Part shown: positions 18,994-26,498 of the stretch, piece after piece | Layout: every line of letters starts with the position of its first letter | Position numbering within the stretch: the stretch's first letter is position 1 | Assembly: GCA_050303855.1 (NCBI GenBank) | Contig: JBNLCO010000010.1 | Location: 1 to 30,206, forward strand | Length of the DNA: 30,206 nt | Direction: 5' to 3' | Source: Candidatus Pacearchaeota archaeon | GTDB lineage: Archaea; Nanobdellota; Nanobdellia; Pacearchaeales; GW2011-AR1 | The notes under the pieces: model-generated | Told to the model about the DNA's origin: nothing | Database searches by the model: none | What the model saw: only the letters and a program-made list of their open reading frames with translations | Made by a program: the position numbers and the translations under genes

Positions 18994-19377
18994 ATGGCAG
19001 AACAAATGCACGATTTTACAAAATATGAGAGAGCAAGAATTATTGGAGCTAGAGCTTTACAGCTAGCTATGAATGCGCCCTTATTGATTAAATTATCTGA
19101 AGAAGATTTAGAGAAAATCCACTATGATGTTCTTAAAATAGCAGAAGTTGAGCTTGATTCAGGGGTTTTACCTATTTCCGTTAACAAACCTTTCCCGAAA
19201 AAGAAGGAAGGAATTTTGAAGAAGGTAGTTACTCCAAAGGTTAGTGATGAGCGAAAAGAGAAAATGGAAGAAGCTGAAGAAGAAAAAATAGAAGATGAAG
19301 GCGAGATAATGGAACTTGCTAACCCAGATGACGAAGCTGATGAAACAGAGTCTGGTGATGAAAGGGAAGATATGTAA
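18994..19377 (+). CDS. rpoK: DNA-directed RNA polymerase subunit K (Rpb6/omega homologue) with long acidic C-terminal extension
   Basis: TKYERARIIGARALQLAMNAPLLI and GVLPISV match the RpoK core; residues about 75-127 are Glu/Asp/Lys-rich low complexity. Confidence 0.82.
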   Translation: MAEQMHDFTKYERARIIGARALQLAMNAPLLIKLSEEDLEKIHYDVLKIAEVELDSGVLPISVNKPFPKKKEGILKKVVTPKVSDERKEKMEEAEEEKIEDEGEIMELANPDDEADETESGDEREDM

Positions 19378-19434
19378 GTTTAGCGGTATTTCTCAAACAA
19401 CAATTCTTAAAAACTAGTGATTTTTTGTGTAGAC

Positions 19435-20607
19435 ATGGTCGTAATAAAAGGGGTTGAAGCTAAAGCAGTTTTGGATTCTAGGGGTGAGAAGACTATTTCT
19501 GTTACAATTAAGACAGAAATAGGGGATTTTACAAGTTCCGCTCCAAATGGAAAATCCACAGGGAAGCATGAGGTTAAGAGTTATAAAAAAGATATTAATA
19601 CCGCGATAAAGAAAATGAAAGATTTTTCTGAATACTTTTCTGAGGAAATTATAGAGAAGTTTGATGATTTGAAAAGGGTTGAAGATATATTAGAGGGTCA
19701 TGTTGGTGCAAATACCCTTTTTGCATTTGAATCTTCTGTTTTGAAGGCTTTAGCTAGTGAACAACAAAAAGAAATATGGGAAATAATAGATCCTAGTACT
19801 CGTGATAGGAAGAAATTTCCAAGATTAGTAGGGAATTGTGTTGGAGGCGGAAAACATTCTTCAGGTGTTGAAAAGAAACCTGATTTCCAAGAGTTTGAAC
19901 TGATACCTGACAAGAAGACAGTAAAAGAAAATCATGATGCTAATATTAAAGCTAAAGAGCTTGTTGGAAATATGTTAATGGAGAAAGATAAAGAGTTTAC
20001 GGGTTTGAAAAATGATGAGAATGCCTGGGTTACTTCTTTGAATGAGAAAGAGGTATTGGATATATTAAATCAAACTAAAATTCCTGCAGGTTTGGATATT
20101 GCTGCTTCTAGTATCTATAAAAGAAGAAAATACCACTATGAGAATCCTATGTTGAAAAGAGATAAGGAAGAACAGGTAGGATATGTCTCTAATTTAATTA
20201 AGAATTATAATTTATTTTATATTGAAGATCCGTTTGGAGAAGAGGAATATGAAAGTTTTGCTCAATTACTCGCCAAACACCCAAATAGTCTGATTGTAGG
20301 GGATGATTTGACTGTTACAAGTTCAAAAAGATTACAAAAAGCCATAGAGATGAAAAGCATTAATGCAATTATTGTGAAGCCTAATCAGTGTGGGTCTCTT
20401 TTAGAAGTTAAGAGGGTTTGTGATTTAGCTAAAGCGAATAATATCAAGACTGTATTTTCCCATAGAAGTGGCGAGACTGATGAAAAAATTTTAGCAGATT
20501 TAGCTTTTGGTTTTGGTGCTGATTTCTTTAAATCAGGGACTGAAGGGGATGTTCGTGAAAAGAAAATATTGAGATTGATTGAGATTGAAGATAGTTTGAA
20601 ACAATAA
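19435..20607 (+). CDS. eno: Enolase (short, divergent)
   Basis: N-terminal AKAVLDSRGEKTISVTIKTE..GKSTGKHE; metal/catalytic positions retained (QEF, LDIAASS, IEDPF, IVGDDLTVT, KPNQCG, SHRSGETDE, KSGTEG); start placed at ATG 19435 rather than the track's GTG at 19417. Confidence 0.8.
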   Translation: MVVIKGVEAKAVLDSRGEKTISVTIKTEIGDFTSSAPNGKSTGKHEVKSYKKDINTAIKKMKDFSEYFSEEIIEKFDDLKRVEDILEGHVGANTLFAFESSVLKALASEQQKEIWEIIDPSTRDRKKFPRLVGNCVGGGKHSSGVEKKPDFQEFELIPDKKTVKENHDANIKAKELVGNMLMEKDKEFTGLKNDENAWVTSLNEKEVLDILNQTKIPAGLDIAASSIYKRRKYHYENPMLKRDKEEQVGYVSNLIKNYNLFYIEDPFGEEEYESFAQLLAKHPNSLIVGDDLTVTSSKRLQKAIEMKSINAIIVKPNQCGSLLEVKRVCDLAKANNIKTVFSHRSGETDEKILADLAFGFGADFFKSGTEGDVREKKILRLIEIEDSLKQ

Positions 20608-20650
20608 ACCCATCACAATCTTTTTAAACTGACTTTTTCTCTGAATTGTT

Positions 20651-21493
20651 ATGCCAAAGACAAAGAAAACAGAAGATAATGTTAGTGAAGAAGTTTCTGA
20701 GAAAGATATAGCTGAAGAAGCTGAAAAAGAATCTAATGATAATAGTAAGGAAGCTAAATCTGTAGAGGACAAGAAAAAAGCTCTACTTGAGAAAGCTGCT
20801 AAACTTAAGGAGAAATTAGGAGAGGAAGCTCCTACTTCTGAAGAACTTAAAGAACAAGTTAAAGCTAAGAAGAAATCTGATATGCTTGTTCCTCTTGAAG
20901 AATATGTTAAAGCTGGAATTTATTTAGGAACCAAAGTAGTCACTCCAGATATGAAACAATATGTTTATAGAAGAAGGGCTGATGGATTAGCAATATTCAA
21001 TACAGATATAATTGATGAGAAATTAAAAGAAGGGATAGTATATTTATCTAAGTTTAATCCTGAAGATGTTGTTTTAGTTTGTAAAAGACAAGCTGGATGG
21101 AAAGCTGTGGAGAAATTCTCTGAATTAACAGGGATAAGAGTATTCACAAAGAAATATCCCGCGGGGGTTTTGACAAATACTAATTTGCCTGATTTCTTTG
21201 AAAATGAATTAACAATTGTTACGGATCATTGGGTGGACAAGAATGCACTTAATGATACTTTGAGGGTAAACAAGAAAGTTTTGATGATCTGTGATACAAA
21301 CAATTTCTCAAAGGGATCTAACCAAATAATAATTGGAAATAATAAATCTCAAAAGAGTCTTGGAGTAATATTTTATCTTCTTTCAAGAGGTTATTTGAAA
21401 TCTAGAGGAGAAGATACTTCAAAGGTTCCAGATTTAGAATGGTGGACTGGAGAGATTGAAGATAAGGATAAAGGCGCTTCTAAGGGTGTTTAA
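20651..21493 (+). CDS. rps2: 30S ribosomal protein uS2 with an N-terminal Lys/Glu-rich extension of about 75 aa
   Basis: LVPLEEYVKAGIYLGTKVVTPDMKQYVYRRRADGLAIFNTD...GVLTN matches archaeal S2; N-terminal low-complexity KE-rich segment. Confidence 0.9.
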   Translation: MPKTKKTEDNVSEEVSEKDIAEEAEKESNDNSKEAKSVEDKKKALLEKAAKLKEKLGEEAPTSEELKEQVKAKKKSDMLVPLEEYVKAGIYLGTKVVTPDMKQYVYRRRADGLAIFNTDIIDEKLKEGIVYLSKFNPEDVVLVCKRQAGWKAVEKFSELTGIRVFTKKYPAGVLTNTNLPDFFENELTIVTDHWVDKNALNDTLRVNKKVLMICDTNNFSKGSNQIIIGNNKSQKSLGVIFYLLSRGYLKSRGEDTSKVPDLEWWTGEIEDKDKGASKGV

Positions 21494-21527
21494 TTAGTTT
21501 TATAAAATAGTTTTTCCTGAAAATTTC

Positions 21528-21884
21528 ATGGCGAAAAAGGGGTTGAAAAGAACGTTTAAGATTTTTAAAAAAGATTTGAATATTTTTTTGGGCATAGTAA
21601 TATTCTTATTATTGATTGGAAGCGCGTTCGCTATTGATTGGATTTTTGGAGTTGGATTTATAATAGGTTTTGGTCTTGCACTATACCATAGAATATTAGA
21701 AAGGAATTTCTTGATACCGGTTTTCATATTTTTAGGTGCTTGGATAATTAGGTTTGCAATCATATTTTTGTTCCCTTCAATAATTCATGCCAAGGATTTG
21801 TTTAGTTTAGGGATATCTTTAGTGATATTCTTGATACTGATTATAATTGGTTGGAGAATAAAGAGCGGGAAATTTAGATTTTAG
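21528..21884 (+). CDS. Hypothetical small membrane protein (3 predicted TM helices)
   Basis: 118 aa, hydrophobic; basic N-terminus. Confidence 0.4.
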   Translation: MAKKGLKRTFKIFKKDLNIFLGIVIFLLLIGSAFAIDWIFGVGFIIGFGLALYHRILERNFLIPVFIFLGAWIIRFAIIFLFPSIIHAKDLFSLGISLVIFLILIIIGWRIKSGKFRF

Positions 21885-21923
21885 TATAATAATTCTTAAA
21901 AAGAATATTAAATTATTTTTATT

Positions 21924-22253
21924 ATGAATAATCCAGTTCAAGCAACTTTAACAACCTTTGCTAATATTTGTTCTGAGAAACAAGAGCTTCCTTGTTTCGA
22001 TTATTCTGGTTTGACAAAATTCTTCCGAGAGGTTGAGAAAGATTACCCTCAGCCATTTAAGGAATCAATAATGAGCGAGGATAATATTTATGAGGGACTG
22101 TCCCCGTTTATAGTTTCTAGGGTAATTAAATCAGTTGCCCAGACCATCACCCTTACTTTCTTTCAAGCGCAGCATTATTGGTTTATGAAAAGCACAAGTC
22201 AGAATACCTTCCAGAAATCAAAGAAATTGCACAAAGATTCTACGACGAATTAG
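21924..22253 (+). CDS. Hypothetical protein (109 aa)
   Basis: ORF only; followed by a palindromic aagctt..aagctt hairpin, then a convergent gene. Confidence 0.3.
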   Translation: MNNPVQATLTTFANICSEKQELPCFDYSGLTKFFREVEKDYPQPFKESIMSEDNIYEGLSPFIVSRVIKSVAQTITLTFFQAQHYWFMKSTSQNTFQKSKKLHKDSTTN

Positions 22254-22292
22254 GATGTAATTTAGAAGGAAAGCTTGGAGAGAGAACAAAGC

Positions 22293-22751
22293 TTAGATTT
22301 TAAAGAATAACCATGATTTATCAGGCTTAGAACCGTAATGAGTTTTTATTAACGCATATTTTCCTTTAAGCTTTTTTCCTTTGAAATTTAATTCAATCTT
22401 TTTTGGATCTTTTTCCAATAATTCATAAGTTCCGTTATCCCAGATTTCAACTTTTCCTGCACCGTAATTTCCTTCAGGAATTTCTCCTTCGAAATCTTTG
22501 TAGGATAGAGGGTGATCTTCAACTTGTATTGCTAAACGTTTTGTTCCTTTTGTTTTTGGAGGTTCTTTTGGCACTGCCCAGGATTTTAGAACTCGGTTCA
22601 TTTCTAATCTTAGGTCCCAATGTAAGTGAGAAGCATGATGTTTGTGAATTACAAAGATATTTTCTTTAGTGTTTTTAGAAGAATCTTTTGAAGACAGAGG
22701 TTCACCTGATTTTTTTAAATCTCTTTTTTGTTTGTACTTTGTTAAAGACAT
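22293..22751 (-). CDS. Stand-alone DNA ligase D 3'-phosphoesterase (LigD PE) domain protein
   Basis: 152 aa; FVIHKHHASHLHWDLRLE...VLKSWAVPKEP...RLAIQVEDHPLSYKDFEGEIPEGNYGAGKVEIWDNGTYE matches the LigD PE domain signature almost motif-for-motif. Confidence 0.8.
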   Translation of the reverse strand: MSLTKYKQKRDLKKSGEPLSSKDSSKNTKENIFVIHKHHASHLHWDLRLEMNRVLKSWAVPKEPPKTKGTKRLAIQVEDHPLSYKDFEGEIPEGNYGAGKVEIWDNGTYELLEKDPKKIELNFKGKKLKGKYALIKTHYGSKPDKSWLFFKI

Positions 22752-22852
22752 TCTTTTATTATCAAGAGGATATTTGTTATAAATCTTTAGAGAACTGCAA
22801 CATATGAAAATTATTTCATAAGATTTATAAACCCGAATAATTTCTAGGGATT

Positions 22853-23434
22853 ATGAAAAAAAGATATGTGAGTTTAATTATTATCGCTGTACTTATTTTA
22901 GCAGTATGGGGTGTTGTAGGATATAGTCATGCAAGTGGAGAAAGTGCAAAGGTTTCTGATTTGACAGGTAATGTTATTTCTAATTTTGAAGGAGACAAAA
23001 GGGAAGTTATAATGGAAAGTAGTTATTTAGAGTTTGAAGGGTATAAAGTTGGAGGATCCCACGTAGGAACTTTTGAAGACATGGAAGCAAATGTTTATGT
23101 TGAAGGCGGAAAAGTTAAAGGTATCGAAGGTGTAGCGCAGGTTAGTTCCGTTAAGACAGACACTGCTGCAGTTGATAAACACTTACAAAATGATGATTTC
23201 TTTGATGTTGAAAAATACCCTGAAATAAAGTTTACTTCAACGAATGTTGATTACGAAAATTCTGAGATTACGGGTATTCTAGAATTCCATGGAGAAAGTA
23301 AAGAGATTACTTTCCCAGCTGAATTTAGTCAATCAGGAATACTAGCTGATTTTTACTTGGATTCAAAACCGTTTAACTTTAAGTTTACTGGAGTTAACCC
23401 AGAAGTTAGAATTAAGTTTGCTTTTAATTATTGA
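22853..23434 (+). CDS. YceI-like family protein (periplasmic/extracellular lipid- or polyisoprenoid-binding barrel) with N-terminal signal anchor
   Basis: 193 aa; N-terminal TM/signal; HLQNDDFFDVEKYPEIKFTST matches the YceI conserved region. Confidence 0.7.
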   Translation: MKKRYVSLIIIAVLILAVWGVVGYSHASGESAKVSDLTGNVISNFEGDKREVIMESSYLEFEGYKVGGSHVGTFEDMEANVYVEGGKVKGIEGVAQVSSVKTDTAAVDKHLQNDDFFDVEKYPEIKFTSTNVDYENSEITGILEFHGESKEITFPAEFSQSGILADFYLDSKPFNFKFTGVNPEVRIKFAFNY

Positions 23435-23873
23435 TTATTTTTATAAATACATTATCTCTGAAATTTATATTGTGTGGATTGAACCAATCTTAAAGATTCT
23501 TTGGAAAGTCGTTATTCGGTTAATCCAGATAGGACAAAAGAGTTAGTTAAACTTGATGAAGAACTTGTAGATTATGAGGTTAAAAGTCTCAAAGAATATT
23601 ACTTGTGGCTTGAAATTAAATTCCAACAATAAATATCGACGCTGTTATTGAATTTTATCAACGAAAATCTGTACAAAACATTTAAATACCCTTTTTTTCT
23701 GACATTATCGTTAAGATGGATGAGTACCTTAGTAATAATCAAAAATCAAATCGATTTAAGGTATGATGTATGTAGAAGCAGTCATCCATTTGACATCGAA
23801 TTTTATGATCTTATATTCAATAATTTAAATATTAGTGAAGTCTATGTTAAATGAAGTTGTTTGTGATAAACCT

Positions 23874-23881
23874 TTATAATT
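23874..23881 (+). promoter_or_regulatory. Candidate rRNA operon promoter: BRE-like aaacc + TATA tttataat, predicted TSS near 23905, just upstream of the putative 16S processing stem
   Basis: Motif and position only (about 120 nt upstream of the 16S 5' end). Confidence 0.3.
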
Positions 23882-24001
23882 CAATGGTTAGTTGAAGCCA
23901 ATAGTTAGGAGTATGTGTGAAGTGTTCTTGATATGTCTTATCATCAAGAATGCGCAATGGAAAATATTTTCTTTTAGAGATAATAATTTATGATATTGTT
24001 T

Positions 24002-25443
24002 AATTCCAGTTGATCCTGCTGGCGGCTGCGGCTCTCTGGTTTGCGCTTAGACATGCAAGTTATATTCTTAGAAATAGGAGTAAGCGAACTGCTCAGTAAC
24101 ACGTAGCTAATCTACCCTTAAGTCAAGGATAACCTCGGGAAACTGAGGGTAAACCTCGATAGGAGACATACCCTGGAATGATTTGTCTCTCAAACTCGTG
24201 CTTAAGGATGAGGCTGCGGCGGATTAGGTTGTTGGCGGGGTAAAGGCCCACCAAGCCGAAGATCCGTAAGGGCTCTTAGCGGAGAGGCCCTGAGAGGGAA
24301 TCTGAGACACTATTCCCAGCCCTACGGGGTGCAGCAGTTAGGCATCATCTACAATGCGCGAAAGCGTGATAGTTTGAGCCAGAGTGCTTTACAAAGTAAA
24401 GCTTTTGCCAAATCTAAAAATTTTGGCGAATAAGGACTGGGTAAGACGGGTGCCAGCCGCCGCGGTAATACCCGCGGTCCAAGTCGCAGCCATTTTTATT
24501 GGGTCTAAAACATCCGTAGCTTGCTTAACAAGTTTCTTGTGAAATCTGATATCTCAAGTATTGGGCGGGCAAGAAGTACTATTAAGCTAGAGACTGGTAG
24601 ACGTAACGAGTACGTTCGGAGTATCGGTAAAATGAGTTAATCCCGGACGGACTAACAACAGCGAAGGCACGTTACGAGGACAGTTCTGACAGTAAGGGAT
24701 GAAGGCTAGGGGCGCGAAAGGGATTAGATACCCCTGTAGTCCTAGCAGTAAACACTGTACACTAAACATCGGGACCTCTTCGAGAGGTTTCGGTGCTGCA
24801 GCGAAGGCGAAGAGTGTACTACCTGGGAAGTATAGGCGCAAGCCCGAAACTTAAAGGAATTGGCGGGGAGACACTACAACGGGTGACGCGTGCGGTTCAA
24901 TTAGATTTTACACCGTGAACCTCACCAGGAGCGACAGCAGAATGAAGGTCAGTCTGAAGGGCTTACCTGACACGCTGAGATGAGTTGCATGGCCGACGTC
25001 AGCCTGTGCCGTGAGGTGACCTGTTAAATCAGGTAACAGGCAAGACCCGCATCTTTATTTACTACGTGTACAATAAAGAGATTGCCTTGGTAACGAGGAT
25101 GAAAGTTCGGGCTACGTTAGGTGAGTACAGCCAGAATCCCCTGGGCTACACGCGCGCGTCAACGGCAGATACAATTGGATGCAACACCGAAAGGTGGAGC
25201 CAACCCCCTAAAGTCTGTCTCAGTCTAGATCGAGGTTTGCAACCCAACCTCGTGACACTGGAATCCGTAGTAATCGTTTGTTATCAGCGAACGGTGAATA
25301 TGTCACGGTCTCTTGCACACACTGCCCGTCAAACCAACCGAGTTTATTTATGATGAAACTTTTCGAAGGAGAATCTTGAGTAGACAAGGTAGGTTAAGTC
25401 GTCACAAGGTATCTGTAGGGGAACCTGCAGATGGATCACCTCC
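24002..25443 (+). rRNA. rrs: 16S rRNA, about 1442 nt (short); no intron
   Basis: Archaeal 5' end attccagttgatcctgctgg; gtgccagccgccgcggtaatac (515-536 site) at 24451; aaacttaaaggaattggcgggg at 24848; tgcatggccg at about 24978; cacacactgcccgtca at about 25318; 3' end ggatcacctcct at 25432-25443. Confidence 0.93.
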
Positions 25444-25546
25444 TATATTTTATATTAACCTTAAGGCAATCGCAAGAACTAGATTGTCTTCTACATACAA
25501 TCCGTTGCAGAAAATTTAAAAACTGCCGAGAGCTAACTTTAATCAA

Positions 25547-25618
25547 GGGCTCGTTGTCCAATGGTTAAGATACTTGACTTGCACTCAGGAGATCCGTGTT
25601 CGATTCACGGCGAGTCCA
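25547..25618 (+). tRNA. tRNA-Ala (anticodon UGC) in the 16S-23S spacer; CCA not encoded
   Basis: Hand-folded cloverleaf: acceptor gggctcg/cgagtcc with G3:U70 (Ala identity pair), anticodon stem cttga/tcagg, loop cTTGCac, T arm ccgtg-ttcgatt-cacgg, discriminator A. Confidence 0.85.
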
Positions 25619-25692
25619 TAGGTTTTTAGATTAATTCTGTAATACACTTAACATTAAACTCAAAGGAAAAAATAAAATGAATGGAGTAGAAA

Positions 25693-25995
25693 ATGAACCA
25701 CCCCGCACTGGAAGAGGAAGTAGGTCCAGTGGAAGCTGTATTAGAAGTTACAGTGGGCAGCGGAGAGGATACAAAGACTTCATTCCTTTATGCTTCAAGA
25801 ATTAACGGTAATGGATCTTGGAGATACATACGTGGAAACGGAAAGGGTTACAAGAAAGATATGGACCCTGAAAGACTTTCCGAGAATATGGTTAGAGCCA
25901 GTATTCAAAGAGGTTATACCGAATATCAGGTTCACTATCTTTGGAGTCCCAAAGGTGGCCAAGAGAAAGAAGGAATAGTAAAAATCAAAAATTAA
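25693..25995 (+). CDS. ORF in rRNA spacer (100 aa), SD-preceded, unknown function
   Basis: GGAG 6 nt upstream of ATG; higher GC than the genome background; stop overlaps the 15-nt motif AATCACACTCACAAA, then a hairpin; could be a chance ORF in structured spacer RNA. Confidence 0.3.
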   Translation: MNHPALEEEVGPVEAVLEVTVGSGEDTKTSFLYASRINGNGSWRYIRGNGKGYKKDMDPERLSENMVRASIQRGYTEYQVHYLWSPKGGQEKEGIVKIKN

Positions 25996-26008
25996 TCACA
26001 CTCACAAA
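25994..26008 (+). repeat. 15-nt direct repeat AATCACACTCACAAA, copy 1 (copy 2 at 26331-26345); each follows one spacer ORF and precedes a hairpin
   Basis: Exact 15/15 identity read directly from the sequence. Confidence 0.8.
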
Positions 26009-26051
26009 AATGAGAAGAATCCGAAGTGATTTTCGGGTTTAGGAAAACAAA

Positions 26052-26303
26052 ATGGCAATGAAATTGGAACAAATTGAAGGAATGAAAATTCCAGTTGGAG
26101 CTTCAATCAACATAAGTTTTTGGACAGGAAAGTTTGAATTTGATCTCTTCCAAGATAAGCCCCATGAAAGACAAGGTTGCTTTAAAGAGATTATGAACTT
26201 CCCCGGAATTGCCCCCACATTAAAATATACCGCAAATGATGAAGACGTAGAATGCGCAATCAAGTATATAGAAGACATAAAAATCCTAGATTACAAAAAA
26301 TAA
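26052..26303 (+). CDS. ORF in rRNA spacer (83 aa), SD-preceded, unknown function
   Basis: AGGA 7 nt upstream of ATG; followed by a second copy of AATCACACTCACAAA (26331-26345), then hairpin acttcag..ctgaagt. Confidence 0.3.
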   Translation: MAMKLEQIEGMKIPVGASINISFWTGKFEFDLFQDKPHERQGCFKEIMNFPGIAPTLKYTANDEDVECAIKYIEDIKILDYKK

Positions 26304-26330
26304 ATCACCGACGGAGAAATCCGTTTCACA

Positions 26331-26345
26331 AATCACACTCACAAA
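26331..26345 (+). repeat. 15-nt direct repeat AATCACACTCACAAA, copy 2
   Basis: Exact match to 25994-26008. Confidence 0.8.
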
Positions 26346-26479
26346 CAAAAACTTCAGTTTTAGACGGCTGAAGTGTGGGAATGGTTCGACATCCGAACGA
26401 TGACGGATCATTTTGAGAACACGAGTTGAAGAACTTGCTATGTTCGATCCAGAAATGGATTAAACATTTACGTTCAATG

Positions 26480-26498
26480 AAATAAGTAGCAGAATCCC
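26480..26498. repeat. 23S processing-stem arm (aaataagtagcagaatccc), perfectly complementary to 30131-30149
   Basis: 19/19 bp complementarity flanking the 23S; typical archaeal pre-rRNA bulge-helix-bulge (BHB) processing-stem architecture. Confidence 0.7.

Noticed and set aside
19698-21147. ORFs 19698-19913, 20533-20772 and 20965-21147 on the minus strand
   Set aside because: Antisense to eno and rps2.
21500-21763. 87-aa minus-strand ORF
   Set aside because: Overlaps the plus-strand membrane-protein ORF; neither is strongly supported, but the plus-strand one has clear TM periodicity and a preceding intergenic gap.
22403-22669. 88-aa plus-strand ORF
   Set aside because: Antisense to the LigD PE gene, which is supported by multiple motifs.
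23648-23854. 68-aa ORF upstream of 16S
   Set aside because: Lies in the AT-rich rRNA promoter and leader region; no RBS or motif support; Phe/Leu/Ile-rich chance frame.
24587-25519. ORFs 24587-24841, 25066-25353 and 25313-25519
   Set aside because: Inside or overlapping 16S rRNA; open frames of this size are expected in GC-richer rRNA genes.
25790-26278. ORFs 25790-25978 (plus strand) and 26039-26278 (minus strand)
   Set aside because: Alternative-frame or antisense overlaps of the two spacer ORFs; the plus-strand 100-aa and 83-aa frames have Shine-Dalgarno motifs and are the better candidates.
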